Assembly: GCA_965649825.1 (NCBI GenBank)
Contig: OZ287695.1
Coordinates: 2,159,288-2,223,287, forward strand
Direction: 5' to 3'
DNA from: Penicillus capitatus
Lineage: Eukaryota; Plantae; Chlorophyta
DNA: 64,000 bases
The translations under genes were made by a program, and so were the position numbers. The notes beneath the pieces are model-generated. The model made no database searches and had not been told where the DNA came from. It worked only from the letters and a program-made list of their open reading frames with translations. Of this stretch, positions 36,030 to 46,904 are shown piece by piece; the stretch's first letter is position 1; every line of letters starts with the position of its first letter.

Positions 36030-37190
36030 ATGGCGAAACGTGCTCTGCTTGTGGGTTGTAATTACCCGGGAACAAAGGCTGAGTTACGTGGCTGTGTCAA
36101 TGATGTCTTTAATATGAAAGCACTCTATGAGGAGTGCTTTGATGTGCATGACTTTACCATCCTCGTCGACACTGACGAAAACTATCTCCAGCCAACAGGG
36201 CGTCAGATCAAAGACTCTTTGCGCGAACTCGTTGAGAAAACGAAGCCTGGGGATGTCCTCGTGATGCATTTTAGTGGACACGGTACTCAAGTTCCTTCGG
36301 ACGATCCGGATGAGGAAGACATGAAAGACGAGGCTCTCGTGCCAACAGATATGAACCTTCTTTTGGACGATGATTTACGTGATATCGTCAAGCAATTACC
36401 AGAAGATACATACTTCACCTTTGTGAGTGATTGCTGTCATAGCGGAGGACTTCTCGATCACCGAGAAATCCAAATTACTGGACCAAAAGACAAGAAAGCT
36501 GTTCCCCAGTTTGACACACCTTCTATCCTTTCCGTGTTCGGCCTCCGAGAGAAAGGAGCGCCTCCGGAAGGTGTCAAGAATCGTTCCTTGCCCGCAGATC
36601 AGCTCATGTCATTGCTTGGCGGGAAGGCAGGAGATGTAGTGGACAATAAGAACGTGCGAAAAGTACTGGACAGCCTGTTTGGCAAAGATGCTAGCAAGCG
36701 AATTCGAAAGTATGTTTCCGCAGTTCAGACAGTAGTGGGCGTAGCAACCAAATCAGCTGGGTGCATTTCTCGTTTCTTTTCTTATCTGGGGCTATTTCCG
36801 AAACCAGCTGCTACTGCCGCTGCTGAACCTAGCTCCACCGTTTCTTCTGCTCCACCCCTAGCAGCTTTGAAGCCAGGACACAAACCACCACCTGACAGCC
36901 AGTTGAACGAAGATGTCGGTGTATTGATCACTGGATGTCAATCACACGAGACAAGTGCAGATGCGTGTCCTGAAAACAATCCATCAAGCGCCTATGGTGC
37001 ATTGAGCCATTCTATACAGACGGTCGTACGTGCACATCGCAGAAAGACGAAGAAGGGGGAAATGTCCAACAAGGATCTCGTTTTTGCTGTACGCAGTCTT
37101 CTGGCCGAGGGATTCTATGGACAGAACCCATGCTTGGAATGCAGTCAACAAAATGCAGATCGTGCATTCATCACAGGCAACAAAATCTGA
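36030..37190 (+). CDS. Type II metacaspase, intronless, 386 aa, catalytic dyad intact
   Basis: MAKRALLVGCNYPGTKAELRGCVNDV, HFSGHGTQ (His), SDCCHSGGL (Cys), long linker with KNRSLP, and p10 GVLITGCQSHETSAD..AYGALS. Confidence 0.97.
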   Translation: MAKRALLVGCNYPGTKAELRGCVNDVFNMKALYEECFDVHDFTILVDTDENYLQPTGRQIKDSLRELVEKTKPGDVLVMHFSGHGTQVPSDDPDEEDMKDEALVPTDMNLLLDDDLRDIVKQLPEDTYFTFVSDCCHSGGLLDHREIQITGPKDKKAVPQFDTPSILSVFGLREKGAPPEGVKNRSLPADQLMSLLGGKAGDVVDNKNVRKVLDSLFGKDASKRIRKYVSAVQTVVGVATKSAGCISRFFSYLGLFPKPAATAAAEPSSTVSSAPPLAALKPGHKPPPDSQLNEDVGVLITGCQSHETSADACPENNPSSAYGALSHSIQTVVRAHRRKTKKGEMSNKDLVFAVRSLLAEGFYGQNPCLECSQQNADRAFITGNKI

Positions 37191-37362
37191 AGAAGAAAGC
37201 ATTTCAAAACAGGACAGTTTGTGGTCGTGCCAGAAAACGTTATGGCTTATTTTCCTTGATGCTGTCTGTTTGTCAACAATCGTCATTATATTTTAATGAA
37301 ATTATTGGTGCATGAGAGTATCGTGTTGACCTTCCAGCAACCCCCGTGCCTCTTATTTGAAG

Positions 37363-38658
37363 ATGACGTTTCTGACGCTTCAGGTAGGACAGTGTGGAAA
37401 CCAGTTGGGTCCAGCGCTGTTTGATATTCTGTCTTCCGAGTATAGCCACATCGATGGATCCTTCTACGATACCCTCCCATGGAATCCTTTCTTTCGAATG
37501 CCATCCAGAAAGAGAGGAGAGCAGCAGAACAGTGCCATTGCTCGAAGTCTGCTTATAGATATGGAACCCGGTGTGGTGCAACGAACATACTCTCAGGCAC
37601 AGAAAAGTGCTCGTGGATGGACATACAGTCGATGCAACTGCTATGTTCAGCAGAGTGGTTCCGGAAACAATTGGGCAATGGGTTATCACGAATACGGCCC
37701 GAAGATTAAGGAGGTCATTGTGGAAAGCATTCGGAAGGAACAGGAGATCAGCGATGTTTTCAGCGGCTTCCTTGTCCTGCAGAGCGTGGCTGGTGGAACT
37801 GGATCTGGATTGGGTGCTTATTTGACGGCAGAGCTTGGAGATGCGTTTCCGAAATCCTTTCTTCTAAACTATTGCATTTGGCCATACCGACTAGGAGAGG
37901 TCATCGTGCAGAGTTACAATGCCGTCTTGACACTGGCGCATATCATGGATTCTTCTCACGGGATCTTTCTGGCAGAAAATGACACGCTGAGCGAGATATG
38001 CCAAACAATGCATTCCTCAAGACGACCGAGATTCGAAGAAATGAATGAGGTTGCTATGCACGGACTGTCAGGGGCGCTGCTGCCTTCTAAGATGAGACCC
38101 ATCCAAGGTCAGCATTCGGCGAAGCATTTTCCGGGCAGTTGGACACGAGTTGTTGCCGATATCTTGTCTGTGGTCTGTCCGCATTCACAGCAGAAATTGC
38201 TGAAGTGCCTCTCTGTCCCTCAAATCGGATCGACTTCGATGGATTATGCCTCCATCGACTGGAATGCTCAGATCAGACACATGTTGAAGCTTGTACAGCC
38301 GAAGAAGTTCGACAAGCGATGCTCACAGTCCTTTGCGCACTTTCTCACGCTGAGAGGACGGAAGAGTCTATGTCCAAGTGTCCAAGTCTTTGAGGAAGAA
38401 TCTCTGTACGTCTATGGTCGGACGCGACTAGGTGTCGCATACAGTCCAGTTCCCTTCCGCGGATTCGAGTCTTCCCTCTCACTCATCACGAATGGACAGG
38501 ACAGCATCCTTCCCGTCGTAGATGCCGCATCAAAAGCCAAGCAAATGTATCGATCGAAGGCGTTTTTGCATCCTTATCTCACATATGGTCTCGATCGTCC
38601 GTCCTTTGAGCAAGCTTTTCATTTCGTTGATGATCAGGTCATCTCTCACTATCGCTGA
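37363..38658 (+). CDS. TUBD1: Delta-tubulin (UNI3/TUBD1), intronless
   Basis: LQVGQCGNQLG, ARSLLIDMEPGVV, QQSGSGNNWAMG, QSVAGGTGSGLG and WPYRLGEVIVQSYNAVLTL, which are delta-type rather than alpha, beta or gamma signatures. Confidence 0.92.
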   Translation: MTFLTLQVGQCGNQLGPALFDILSSEYSHIDGSFYDTLPWNPFFRMPSRKRGEQQNSAIARSLLIDMEPGVVQRTYSQAQKSARGWTYSRCNCYVQQSGSGNNWAMGYHEYGPKIKEVIVESIRKEQEISDVFSGFLVLQSVAGGTGSGLGAYLTAELGDAFPKSFLLNYCIWPYRLGEVIVQSYNAVLTLAHIMDSSHGIFLAENDTLSEICQTMHSSRRPRFEEMNEVAMHGLSGALLPSKMRPIQGQHSAKHFPGSWTRVVADILSVVCPHSQQKLLKCLSVPQIGSTSMDYASIDWNAQIRHMLKLVQPKKFDKRCSQSFAHFLTLRGRKSLCPSVQVFEEESLYVYGRTRLGVAYSPVPFRGFESSLSLITNGQDSILPVVDAASKAKQMYRSKAFLHPYLTYGLDRPSFEQAFHFVDDQVISHYR

Positions 38659-38715
38659 GTTAAGAGTTCATTCGAATTGACGATCGACATCGCGTCCTCT
38701 GATTGTCTCGCCGCC

Positions 38716-40909
38716 ATGAGTGCGATGGCCGAACAGACAACGGACGAAGTGCCTCTTGCATTTCCATCCATTTTCAGCGCGAAGTCAGGCGATTCAGGTT
38801 ACGAGTGACGAGAAGGCAGCGTCGAACGTCACAGCCGCGCCTTATTCCGCATCTTTTCGTCGCGTATTGATTGCATCCATACTCGAAAGTGAAGACGGCG
38901 GAAAATCGCTGGTACAGATCACTTGTTGCCTCGGACCTGGCCTCTCAGACAGACCTTTAGGCAGGGTCGACGTTAGTGGTGGGTGGCTGGGTCAAGACTG
39001 GCAGAGATGCAGGAGCAGGCGAATGGTGTTTCGTTGAGCTCAATGACGGCACGTGCTTCGACAGCCTCCAGGTCTTACACTCTCCTAGATTCCTCACGGA
39101 ATGTGTCATTTAGATTATTATTCCTAAAGAAGTAGCCGAAGATGCAGGTGGACTTGGAAAAGTGACGCCCACTGGAACCAGTCTTCTGGTCGAGGGCCAT
39201 TTGGAAGAAACACCCGAAGGCAAGAAGCAAGTAGCCTGTCCGTCTGAGGCGATGAGATTTTGAGGCTTCTCTGTTTCAGGTTGTCGAATTGAAAGGAACA
39301 AAGATCTTGCATCTCGGTGTGTGTGACCCTGCTGTCTATCCCATTGCCAAGAAGAAGACATCTTTTGAGTTCCTAAGGGAGAAGATGCATCTGAGAATCC
39401 GAACGAACACGATGGCCTCCATCTGCCGCATACGCAATGCGTTGTCCTTTGCTACCCATCAATTCTTTCAGCAAAATGGATTTCAGTATGTGCATACGCC
39501 CATTATCACGGCAAATGATTGTGAGGGCGCCGGAGAGATGTTTGAAGTCAGTACCCTGTTAAGCAAAGCCCAGAAACGTTTGTCTGAGCCGACGGTGACG
39601 CAAGAAGATATCGCGGCTCTCCAGACCCAAATTGCTGAACAAGGCACTGCCGTCAAAGATGCCAAGACAGTAGGCCGCTTCCCATACATCTCCATTTCTT
39701 GATAACAGATTAGGCTGCGGGCGAAGAAAAAGGGAACGAAGAACTAAAAAAGAAATCAGATGAGGAGATCGAGAAGCTGTTGAAGCTCAAGAAGGATCTA
39801 GAAACTGCCAATGACAAGTAGCTGCTCGACATTCAGTTAAGATTGTGACGACACGTGAAAACGGTGTGATGTAGAATACGTTGCATTGGAGGGTTTGCTC
39901 GTCTGGAAAATGGAGGTCTCGATTATACGGAAGATTTCTTTGGCAAACCAGCCTTTCTGACTGTCTCTGGGCAACTTCAGGGAGAGTACTATGCTTGTGG
40001 CATGTCCAATATCTACACGTTTGGGCCGACATTCCGTGCTGAACTCTCGCACACGTCACGTCATCTAGCAGAATTCTGGATGATTGAACCCGAAATGGCA
40101 TTTTGTACTTTGGAAGATGACATGCAATGCGCCGAAGACTACGTTCGCTTCTGTTGCAGATATCTGCTGACAAACTGCAAATCGGATATGGACTTCATCT
40201 GCAAGTTCATTGACAGCGAAGCCAAAGATCGACTACAGAAAGTCGCCACCAGTCAATTCAAAAGGGTATCCTACACAGAGTGCGTCGACATCTTGGAAGA
40301 TGCGATCAAAAACAAAAAGAAGAAATTCAAGGAGATGGTGAGATGATGTTAAATGGCGGTCGGGATAGGAAGCAGCCTGCTGTGTTAGGTAACATGGGGC
40401 AGCGATCTGCAGAGTGAACACGAGCGATATATTACAGAAGATGTGTTTCAGATGCCTGTCATTGTCTACAACTATCCTAAAGAGATCAAAGCTTTCTACA
40501 TGAAGCTCAATCCAGACAACAAGACAGTGGCCGCAATGGATGTTCTTGTGCCAAAAGTCGGGGAGCTCATCGGAGGTTCGCAGCGAGAGGATGATTATGA
40601 AGTGCGTATCCTTGTCGATTGGCACAACTGGCTAGAGAGCACTGCGGTATGGTGAAGGTATTGAGATCTCGAATCATCGAATGTGGAATGGAACCGGAGG
40701 CATATGAGGGATATCTTGATCTGCGACGATTCGGTGTGTCTTTCGAGGCCTCCTCGTCTATCTGAGACGTGTATGTGTATGACTTAGGTTCGGTGCCGCA
40801 TTCAGGATTTGGTTTAGGATTTGAGCGTCTGATTCTGTTTGCGACCGGGATAAACAACATCCGAGATGTCATTCCTTTCCCTCGTTACCCTGGAAATGCA
40901 AATTTCTGA
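38716..40909 (+). CDS. asnS: Asparagine--tRNA ligase, plant cytosolic type with helical insertion, multi-exon
   Basis: [109 protein letters not shown] and [12 protein letters not shown]. Confidence 0.97.
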
Positions 40910-41040
40910 GAGACGCTTTCTCGCGAGCAATCTGAGTTTCTGTGGGGTGACTGTGAAGATCACTTCTCTTTAATGCATTCAAACAGACGCATTGACAACG
41001 TGTTCTGAAACTGCGTCGTCATCGCGTCAAATCGATCGTC

Positions 41041-43111
41041 ATGTCTGATACCTCCTGCTGCTTCACGAACGAGGATGTATGCCAGGTGCCGCGTGGCGAT
41101 GCTTGTGCTCGTTGTTGACGACAAGCATACAGGCAATTGTACGAGAATACCTGCGGTCGACAGGATGTGAGGAAACACTGCGATCGTTCAAACGCGAGAA
41201 AGATCGTTCGGCATGCAACATCACACGACGTTCCGTTCTGTTTGGAGCTCTGCATCTCGATCCAACAGAAATGGAAAAGCGACAGAATCGAAAGGAGAGA
41301 TCTTCTGTGTTAGACGTACTGGTCGCACGACAGCGCCGACAGAAGCATGCGAAGGTGGAAAGCGATGAATCCGACGGCGATTCCTCGTGGCGCATCGGCA
41401 CAGATGCCCCAGCGGAGAAAAAGCCTTACAGTGCTACTCGTCACGACGACAGTCGACCATTCTCAGCTTCAACGAAAGAATCGCTGCACGCAGACAGCAG
41501 CAGCATATCGTTTCAGGAAGTGCCGACCGAGAGTCGCTCGAGTTCCTCGAGTTCTACATCTTCCACTTTCGCTGCAATACGTGAGCAGCTCAAGAAACGC
41601 ATTTCCGTCTTGGAGGATGATAAGCCAGATGTCGCTGAGGAGGCTTCTTTCTTACACGCACCGACGCCGCTGCCAACCAAAGGCACACTCAAGACTACAT
41701 CTGAAGATGTCCCCACTGCACTCTCTCGGTAACCCTCCCTTAACACATCAATGTTTTTAACGTCTGCTCACCTCTCGCAGCGACTCTTTGCTGTCGGTGA
41801 CAGAAATAGAAAACCTAAACTGTCTGCTATGGGGATCGGCGACGACGCAGCTGTCGTCGTGGAAACAAGGATTCTTTTTCAACACGCGACCAGGATTAGA
41901 ATTTGGGCTGGCCCAAAAACATGGAGGACCGTGCGGCGTCTTGGCAGCCACCCAAGCCCATCTCATTGCGGAGTCGATGCAGAAAGTAATACTCTGTCGA
42001 TCAGACATCATTCCCACAGCTGAATTGTCAGCCTGACAACGGAAAGGTCTTCTGGTCGTTCGACTTCAGCGATACCAACACTCAAGACAGCAGACTCATC
42101 GACGCCCTTGTGTCGATCCTCTGGCAAGCGTCAGACAGAGATTGTATTGAGTTGGTGTCCTCTGTCAAGCCAAGCACGCGCGATGTCGACTACGAAGATC
42201 TTATGCAGACCATCGAAAAGCGAACAATGCCTAGAGAGGCATCCTGCATCAAAGTACGAGCAAAGTGAGAGCATAGGCCTATGCCATTGTGGAATCGAAG
42301 AGACTGTTTTGCTACGATAGGACGTCCTTTGCGAGATATTGCCACAGTATAAAGAAGAAGACGGTTGGGGACTCGTTCTATTTCTTCTGTCCCTCTTGCT
42401 GACCAAAGGACTGAATCAAGTATATACGTTCCTTGATCAACGGCACACTTTTTGACAGAGAATCGAATCAGATCAGGGAGGAGATGGACGATTTGGAGAT
42501 GTCTCTCATTGGCGAACACGCTTACTGCAGCCAAGAACTCGTGAATCTTCTCCTCACGGGCAAAGCAGTGACCAATGTCTTCGATGGAAACAAGTCCTTC
42601 GGCGATCTGGACGCGGCCGATTGCTATCTTCTCAAAGGCATCCCAAAAACATCTAGGCTTGGCCTCCTGACTCTTCTCGAGTGGAATGGGTACAAAACTC
42701 ACTTGGCGAAGTCTGTTGCACTGTTGTCTTCTATGCGTTTAGGTATGTTGAAGTGGGGCGACACTTGAAATGTCCTGAGTTCCCTGTTTGGGTCGTCTGT
42801 GCAGAATCGCATTTCACAGTGCTCTTCGCAGACAAGGTAGAGGATATAAGGATGGATCGACCCTTTCAACTCATTCACTATGATGGACTGTCTTCTCAGA
42901 CGGAACCACAAAGGTGATGCCTCTTCATTCTATCCACTGCATACGCACGTGCTACGGTAGACTGCTCGTTTCGAAATGCCCTTGGGGTGGCCTGAGATCA
43001 AGGATTGCTCTGCGTCATGTTCTAGAGAGTGAGGTCTCGGTCCTCGAACGAGTTATCCAAACAAAATGGCCCACGGCCACAGTGATTTGCACTTCGGGTC
43101 ATACACTCTAA
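41041..43111 (+). CDS. MINDY4: MINDY-family deubiquitinase (MINDY4/FAM188B-like: LisH-like N-terminus plus DUF4205)
   Basis: AIVREYLRSTGCEETLRSF (LisH-like), catalytic QKHGGPCGVLAATQA, CSQELVNLLLTGKAVTNVFD, PVWVVCAESHFTVLF, and C-terminal LERVIQTKW. Confidence 0.9.
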
Positions 43112-43212
43112 ACATAACAGAGCAGCTCTTATGAGTCTGTATTAAAAACCTTCCTGTACAAAACAGTTGTTATGCCATTCGGCTCACAATCAGCGTCTAG
43201 TATAATGCTGTC

Positions 43213-43890
43213 TTAAGATTCTGGAGCCCAATCGGGTGGAGGAATCCTCTTCAGCACAAAATACTCCCCTCCCTCCACCAGCTGTCTCGGCGGCTCACCT
43301 ACACGAAAGACATGTTTCTTTCCCTCTCATGAATACAAAGACAAGGACGGCACCTTCACGAATGATACCCCATGTGATGATGCAATCATCTTCTGGATCT
43401 GGCACACCCACGATTCGGTCCTCGTATATGGATGGCACTTCAACTGGCTTCTCGACAGTCCCAAATGGTGCGCTTAGCCTATACGCATAAGGTCATCCAT
43501 CGGATCTCCGATACATATGTGTGACCATTCTTCTTCAAGGATGTTAATGTTTTTGAGTTTTGCTTCGAGTTCGGCACTGTTCTCGAAAGGAGGTCTCAGA
43601 GAATGGCGACAGCAGCATGACTACCGTTCGAGGCCCGTGGCGTGACCCAAGGGATCTTCTGCGACCGTTTCTTTTCCTGGCTCCTCTGTCGGTGTGGCTG
43701 TAGTGGCACTCCAATGACGCAACTGTCCTTGTAGAACAGCGCCGAGTCTCTGAGAGCGACAAAAGAACGCGTTGAACAGAACATTGATCTGAAAGCAGAG
43801 GAGAACTTGTAGAGCAGGGATCGCTTCAGCGTATCCTTGGACACCCGCTGCCTGTTTTGCGGAGCGGAAAATTGAAAGGAGCTTCGACAT
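43213..43890 (-). CDS. COX5B: Cytochrome c oxidase subunit 5b (chlorophyte type), spliced from 4-5 exons
   Basis: Presequence, then EDPLGHATGLER|AELEAKLKNINILEEEW|LSAPFGTVEKPVEVPSIYEDRIVGVPDPEDDCIITWGIIRE|GEPPRQLVEGGEYFVLKRI, with canonical GT-AG joins. Confidence 0.9.
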
Positions 43891-44092
43891 CGACAGGCGC
43901 TTGTCAAACTTCAGAACGCCGACAATTCAACCAATCATCGATCAAATGTACATTATCATCTTCACGGCAAACTTCCAACAAGGATTCACAGCCTAGTGGC
44001 GGTTGGATGGATAAAAGCATAGCAAAGGTTTCTTTTTGCTTTCCTGCATCGAGAAACAAACACACAACTCAGAGATGTCACCGATTTTTGCC

Positions 44093-44903
44093 ATGTCCGT
44101 CGTGAAATGTCTGCTGCTTCTCTGCATGACAACGGCCTTAGCGCGCCCTGGTAAGTGAGTAGACTTGCTGATGACCCTGCCTTTGCGACTGCCGTCTTTT
44201 TCCTCCAATCTGTTAACAAAAGACAATGACGGTTTGACACGGTTTACGCCCTTTAGATGAAGACGGTCCCACAAGAAGCAACCCCAGTCATTCTGCCGGG
44301 CAACTCACCACCGAACAAATCAAAGAGAGAGTTTCAAAAGTCCAAAAACCGGACGTTTTAAAAGGCGACAAGTCAAACGCCGATGCTTTTGCAATGGAAT
44401 CCATGGTCGCCGTCGAGGAGGATCTCGAAGAAGCCACTCCTGACGACGACATTGGTTTTGAGAAAGCCGGACTCTCCACCAAGAGATCTTTCTCAAAACA
44501 TCAACGAGACAACGACTCACCTGAACCATCCCCTCTTTCTCCTTCACCCAAGACGGACTCTGTCATTTCGTCATCCCCGATCGTCATCGAACCCACCATG
44601 CCACTGCACGAGCGACCGAGACATTCTCTCCCTGAAGAGCCGAAGATTGAGATCATGCATACCCAAAGTGTAGACGAAGATATGGAGCAAGAGACCACCA
44701 ATTCTGAAGATGTGACAACAACGATGACGGTATCAAAGTCAAGGAACTCAACAAGTCATGCCGTTGTGGCCACACTACTGACGCTCGGCACGGTTTTGTT
44801 TGCTTCTGTGACAGCGCTTTATGTTTACCGCCTCTGGTACCGGATGCAGATGAGAAGATATCGTGGTTGGCGACCTTATGAATTTGAACTGACGGATATG
44901 TGA
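44093..44903 (+). CDS. Type I membrane protein: signal peptide, acidic Ser/Thr/Pro-rich ectodomain, one TM helix, short tail
   Basis: MSVVKCLLLLCMTTALARP|gtaagt..ttag|DEDG; TM AVVATLLTLGTVLFASVTALYVY followed by a basic stop-transfer and YEFELTDM*. Confidence 0.8.
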
Positions 44904-45013
44904 GTAAAGGAAGCCTCGTTCTGCTTTCCGCGGAAACCGACCCTTCGGCAACACGGACACAATGTGCGCTTCCGCGGTCACGATCACTGTCGTACAAAAA
45001 AGGTTCTGTCTTC

Positions 45014-45883
45014 ATGCAACGGACTCTCGCGTGGCATCCTGCTACACGCCACACGGCGTCTCGGCAAAACCAGACATGGAGAATTGGAGCAAAGCCTGGA
45101 TCGAGGCTACAGCCTCGGGATCGCCGGGAACGAGACACGGTGTTCTCGCCTCCGTTTCCAGAAATGGTGAAGCCCGGACAGCGCCCCGAGGATATTGTCG
45201 GGATTAAACAGCTTATCGACGCTGCGGACCTCGTGATCGAACCAGAAAAGGAACGGATTCTTCTGGACGGTCCACTTCCAGGCAGCTTCCGCCCCTTCTC
45301 CTTCCACGAATCCGTTGACATCTATGTCGCCCAGAACGACGCAGGACAGTTAAATCTGGCACAGACTTATCTCTACGATCGAGATGCGCAGGCGTATGCG
45401 AAACCGTGTTGCGATGAAAATGTACCAGACGCCTTTCAGCACTATCAGGTGTTGCCGTGGGACACCTGGATTTCGGCAGAAACCCCCGATACGGAAGAGG
45501 AGGAACAGCATCAGTTGCACAAAGTCTTCTTTGTAAGGCAGACACCTCTGCATGGGGGCCGTTCGTCGCCACGCATGCATTTTGAGGAAGTCTACTGCAT
45601 TGATGGCAACGACAGATCTGTCGAGAAATCACAAGTTCAAGACTTGAGAGATGACAGCACGATCGATCCAGTGCTCTCCATACGCGATGGCGAACTTATG
45701 ATCCAAGACACACGAGATTGTCCAACCATGGAGGGGTATGCACAGATCTATGATATTCTGGAGACCCTTGAAGATTACATGGCGACCCAAAAGGAACTCA
45801 AGGACGATGAAGTGGCGTTCGAGGAAGAAATCGATTCATACATTGACGAACAACCAGATATACCCGATTCTGATATGCTGTAA
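45014..45883 (+). CDS. PTAC6: Plastid-targeted protein, probable homolog of PEP-associated pTAC6/PAP8
   Basis: Transit-like N-terminus. QLHKVFFVR, MHFEEVYCIDGNDRSVEKSQV and PVLSIRDG parallel land-plant pTAC6 EISKVFLTK, LDLEEIYVIDSKTKSITRARV and DLLVIRDNG in order and spacing; from memory. Confidence 0.6.
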   Translation: MQRTLAWHPATRHTASRQNQTWRIGAKPGSRLQPRDRRERDTVFSPPFPEMVKPGQRPEDIVGIKQLIDAADLVIEPEKERILLDGPLPGSFRPFSFHESVDIYVAQNDAGQLNLAQTYLYDRDAQAYAKPCCDENVPDAFQHYQVLPWDTWISAETPDTEEEEQHQLHKVFFVRQTPLHGGRSSPRMHFEEVYCIDGNDRSVEKSQVQDLRDDSTIDPVLSIRDGELMIQDTRDCPTMEGYAQIYDILETLEDYMATQKELKDDEVAFEEEIDSYIDEQPDIPDSDML

Positions 45884-46904
45884 TCTATCGAGCGTCATGT
45901 TGATGTGACATCTAGACATTCGCAAACGCAAATGGGATAAGCGTTTTATCAAGATCCTATATCCTTCCAAACTTCATGGAAATGTAGAAACGCATGATCG
46001 GGGCTACGTCTCGATTGTCAGTAAATTCATCGTCTCCGCGTTTTCTGGAAAGATGGTTTGGTTTTGAGATTGACAATCGCTTTTTGATGTGACGTCTGTG
46101 TCGTCTGAAGTGGATGCTTGGCAAGAAAGTGGACGAGGCGGAGGCTACATTATTCGGCAGCGAGCATTGGTTTATGAGATATGCTTCCTTACGAAGTTCG
46201 TCCATGGCGCTGTGATGTGACCGGGCCTGCGTGCTTTCCACGTTCTGTCGTACGAAGACACCCTTTGTCTTTACTCCTGCGATCATCGTCGTTTTGAACT
46301 GTGCGAGACGTTTCGTCCTACGTCGCCTCACATCGTTGCACAAATAACATGAAGAAGTGGGTCGATATAACACGAAACCGCGTGAGTGCTTTCGGCTTTC
46401 GAAACCCTCTGCGTTCAAACGGTACTCCTCCCTAGCGCCGCCCCCGAGTGCTCTACCTTGTTCGCAGAGGACGACCGCGAAGATGTCGTTGAAGACGAGA
46501 TTTCGGCGTCCGCCGGCGAAGATAGGCAGACGGTAAGCGAACGAACGTCGTACGCGTCATCTCGCCTGGCTCAGTGTTGCCAGCTGAAGTGCACATTTTG
46601 CTGCGCGGAAAAATCGGCCACTAGCTGTTGGTACGTTCGCTTGCAACTCATACGCACTTCATAGTTCTATCACTCTCCAGAGTCACTTCTTTCCGATTCT
46701 TCTGCGCAAGTACTCTCGTTCCGAATCGGCCGCGTCCAAGCGCGTGTCTCGTTCGCGTTTCAATCGTTCTCTGCAAGAGTCACTATCTTGACAGTCTTCC
46801 TAGGACGCTTACTTTCCTCGCGACTTCTACATTTAGACTGACTTGCATATTCCTGTCAGGTGCCGAATTTCGTCGAAGCAACCATCAAAAAGAAAGAACT
46901 AAAA

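Noticed and set aside
37363-43111. A ciliary gene cluster (delta-tubulin plus MINDY4)
   Set aside because: Only two genes, separated by AsnRS; this is expected by chance at this gene density.
45957-46418. 153-aa minus-strand ORF between pTAC6 and the golgin
   Set aside because: No recognisable domain, non-ATG start, and several incompatible splice readings; it cannot be supported.
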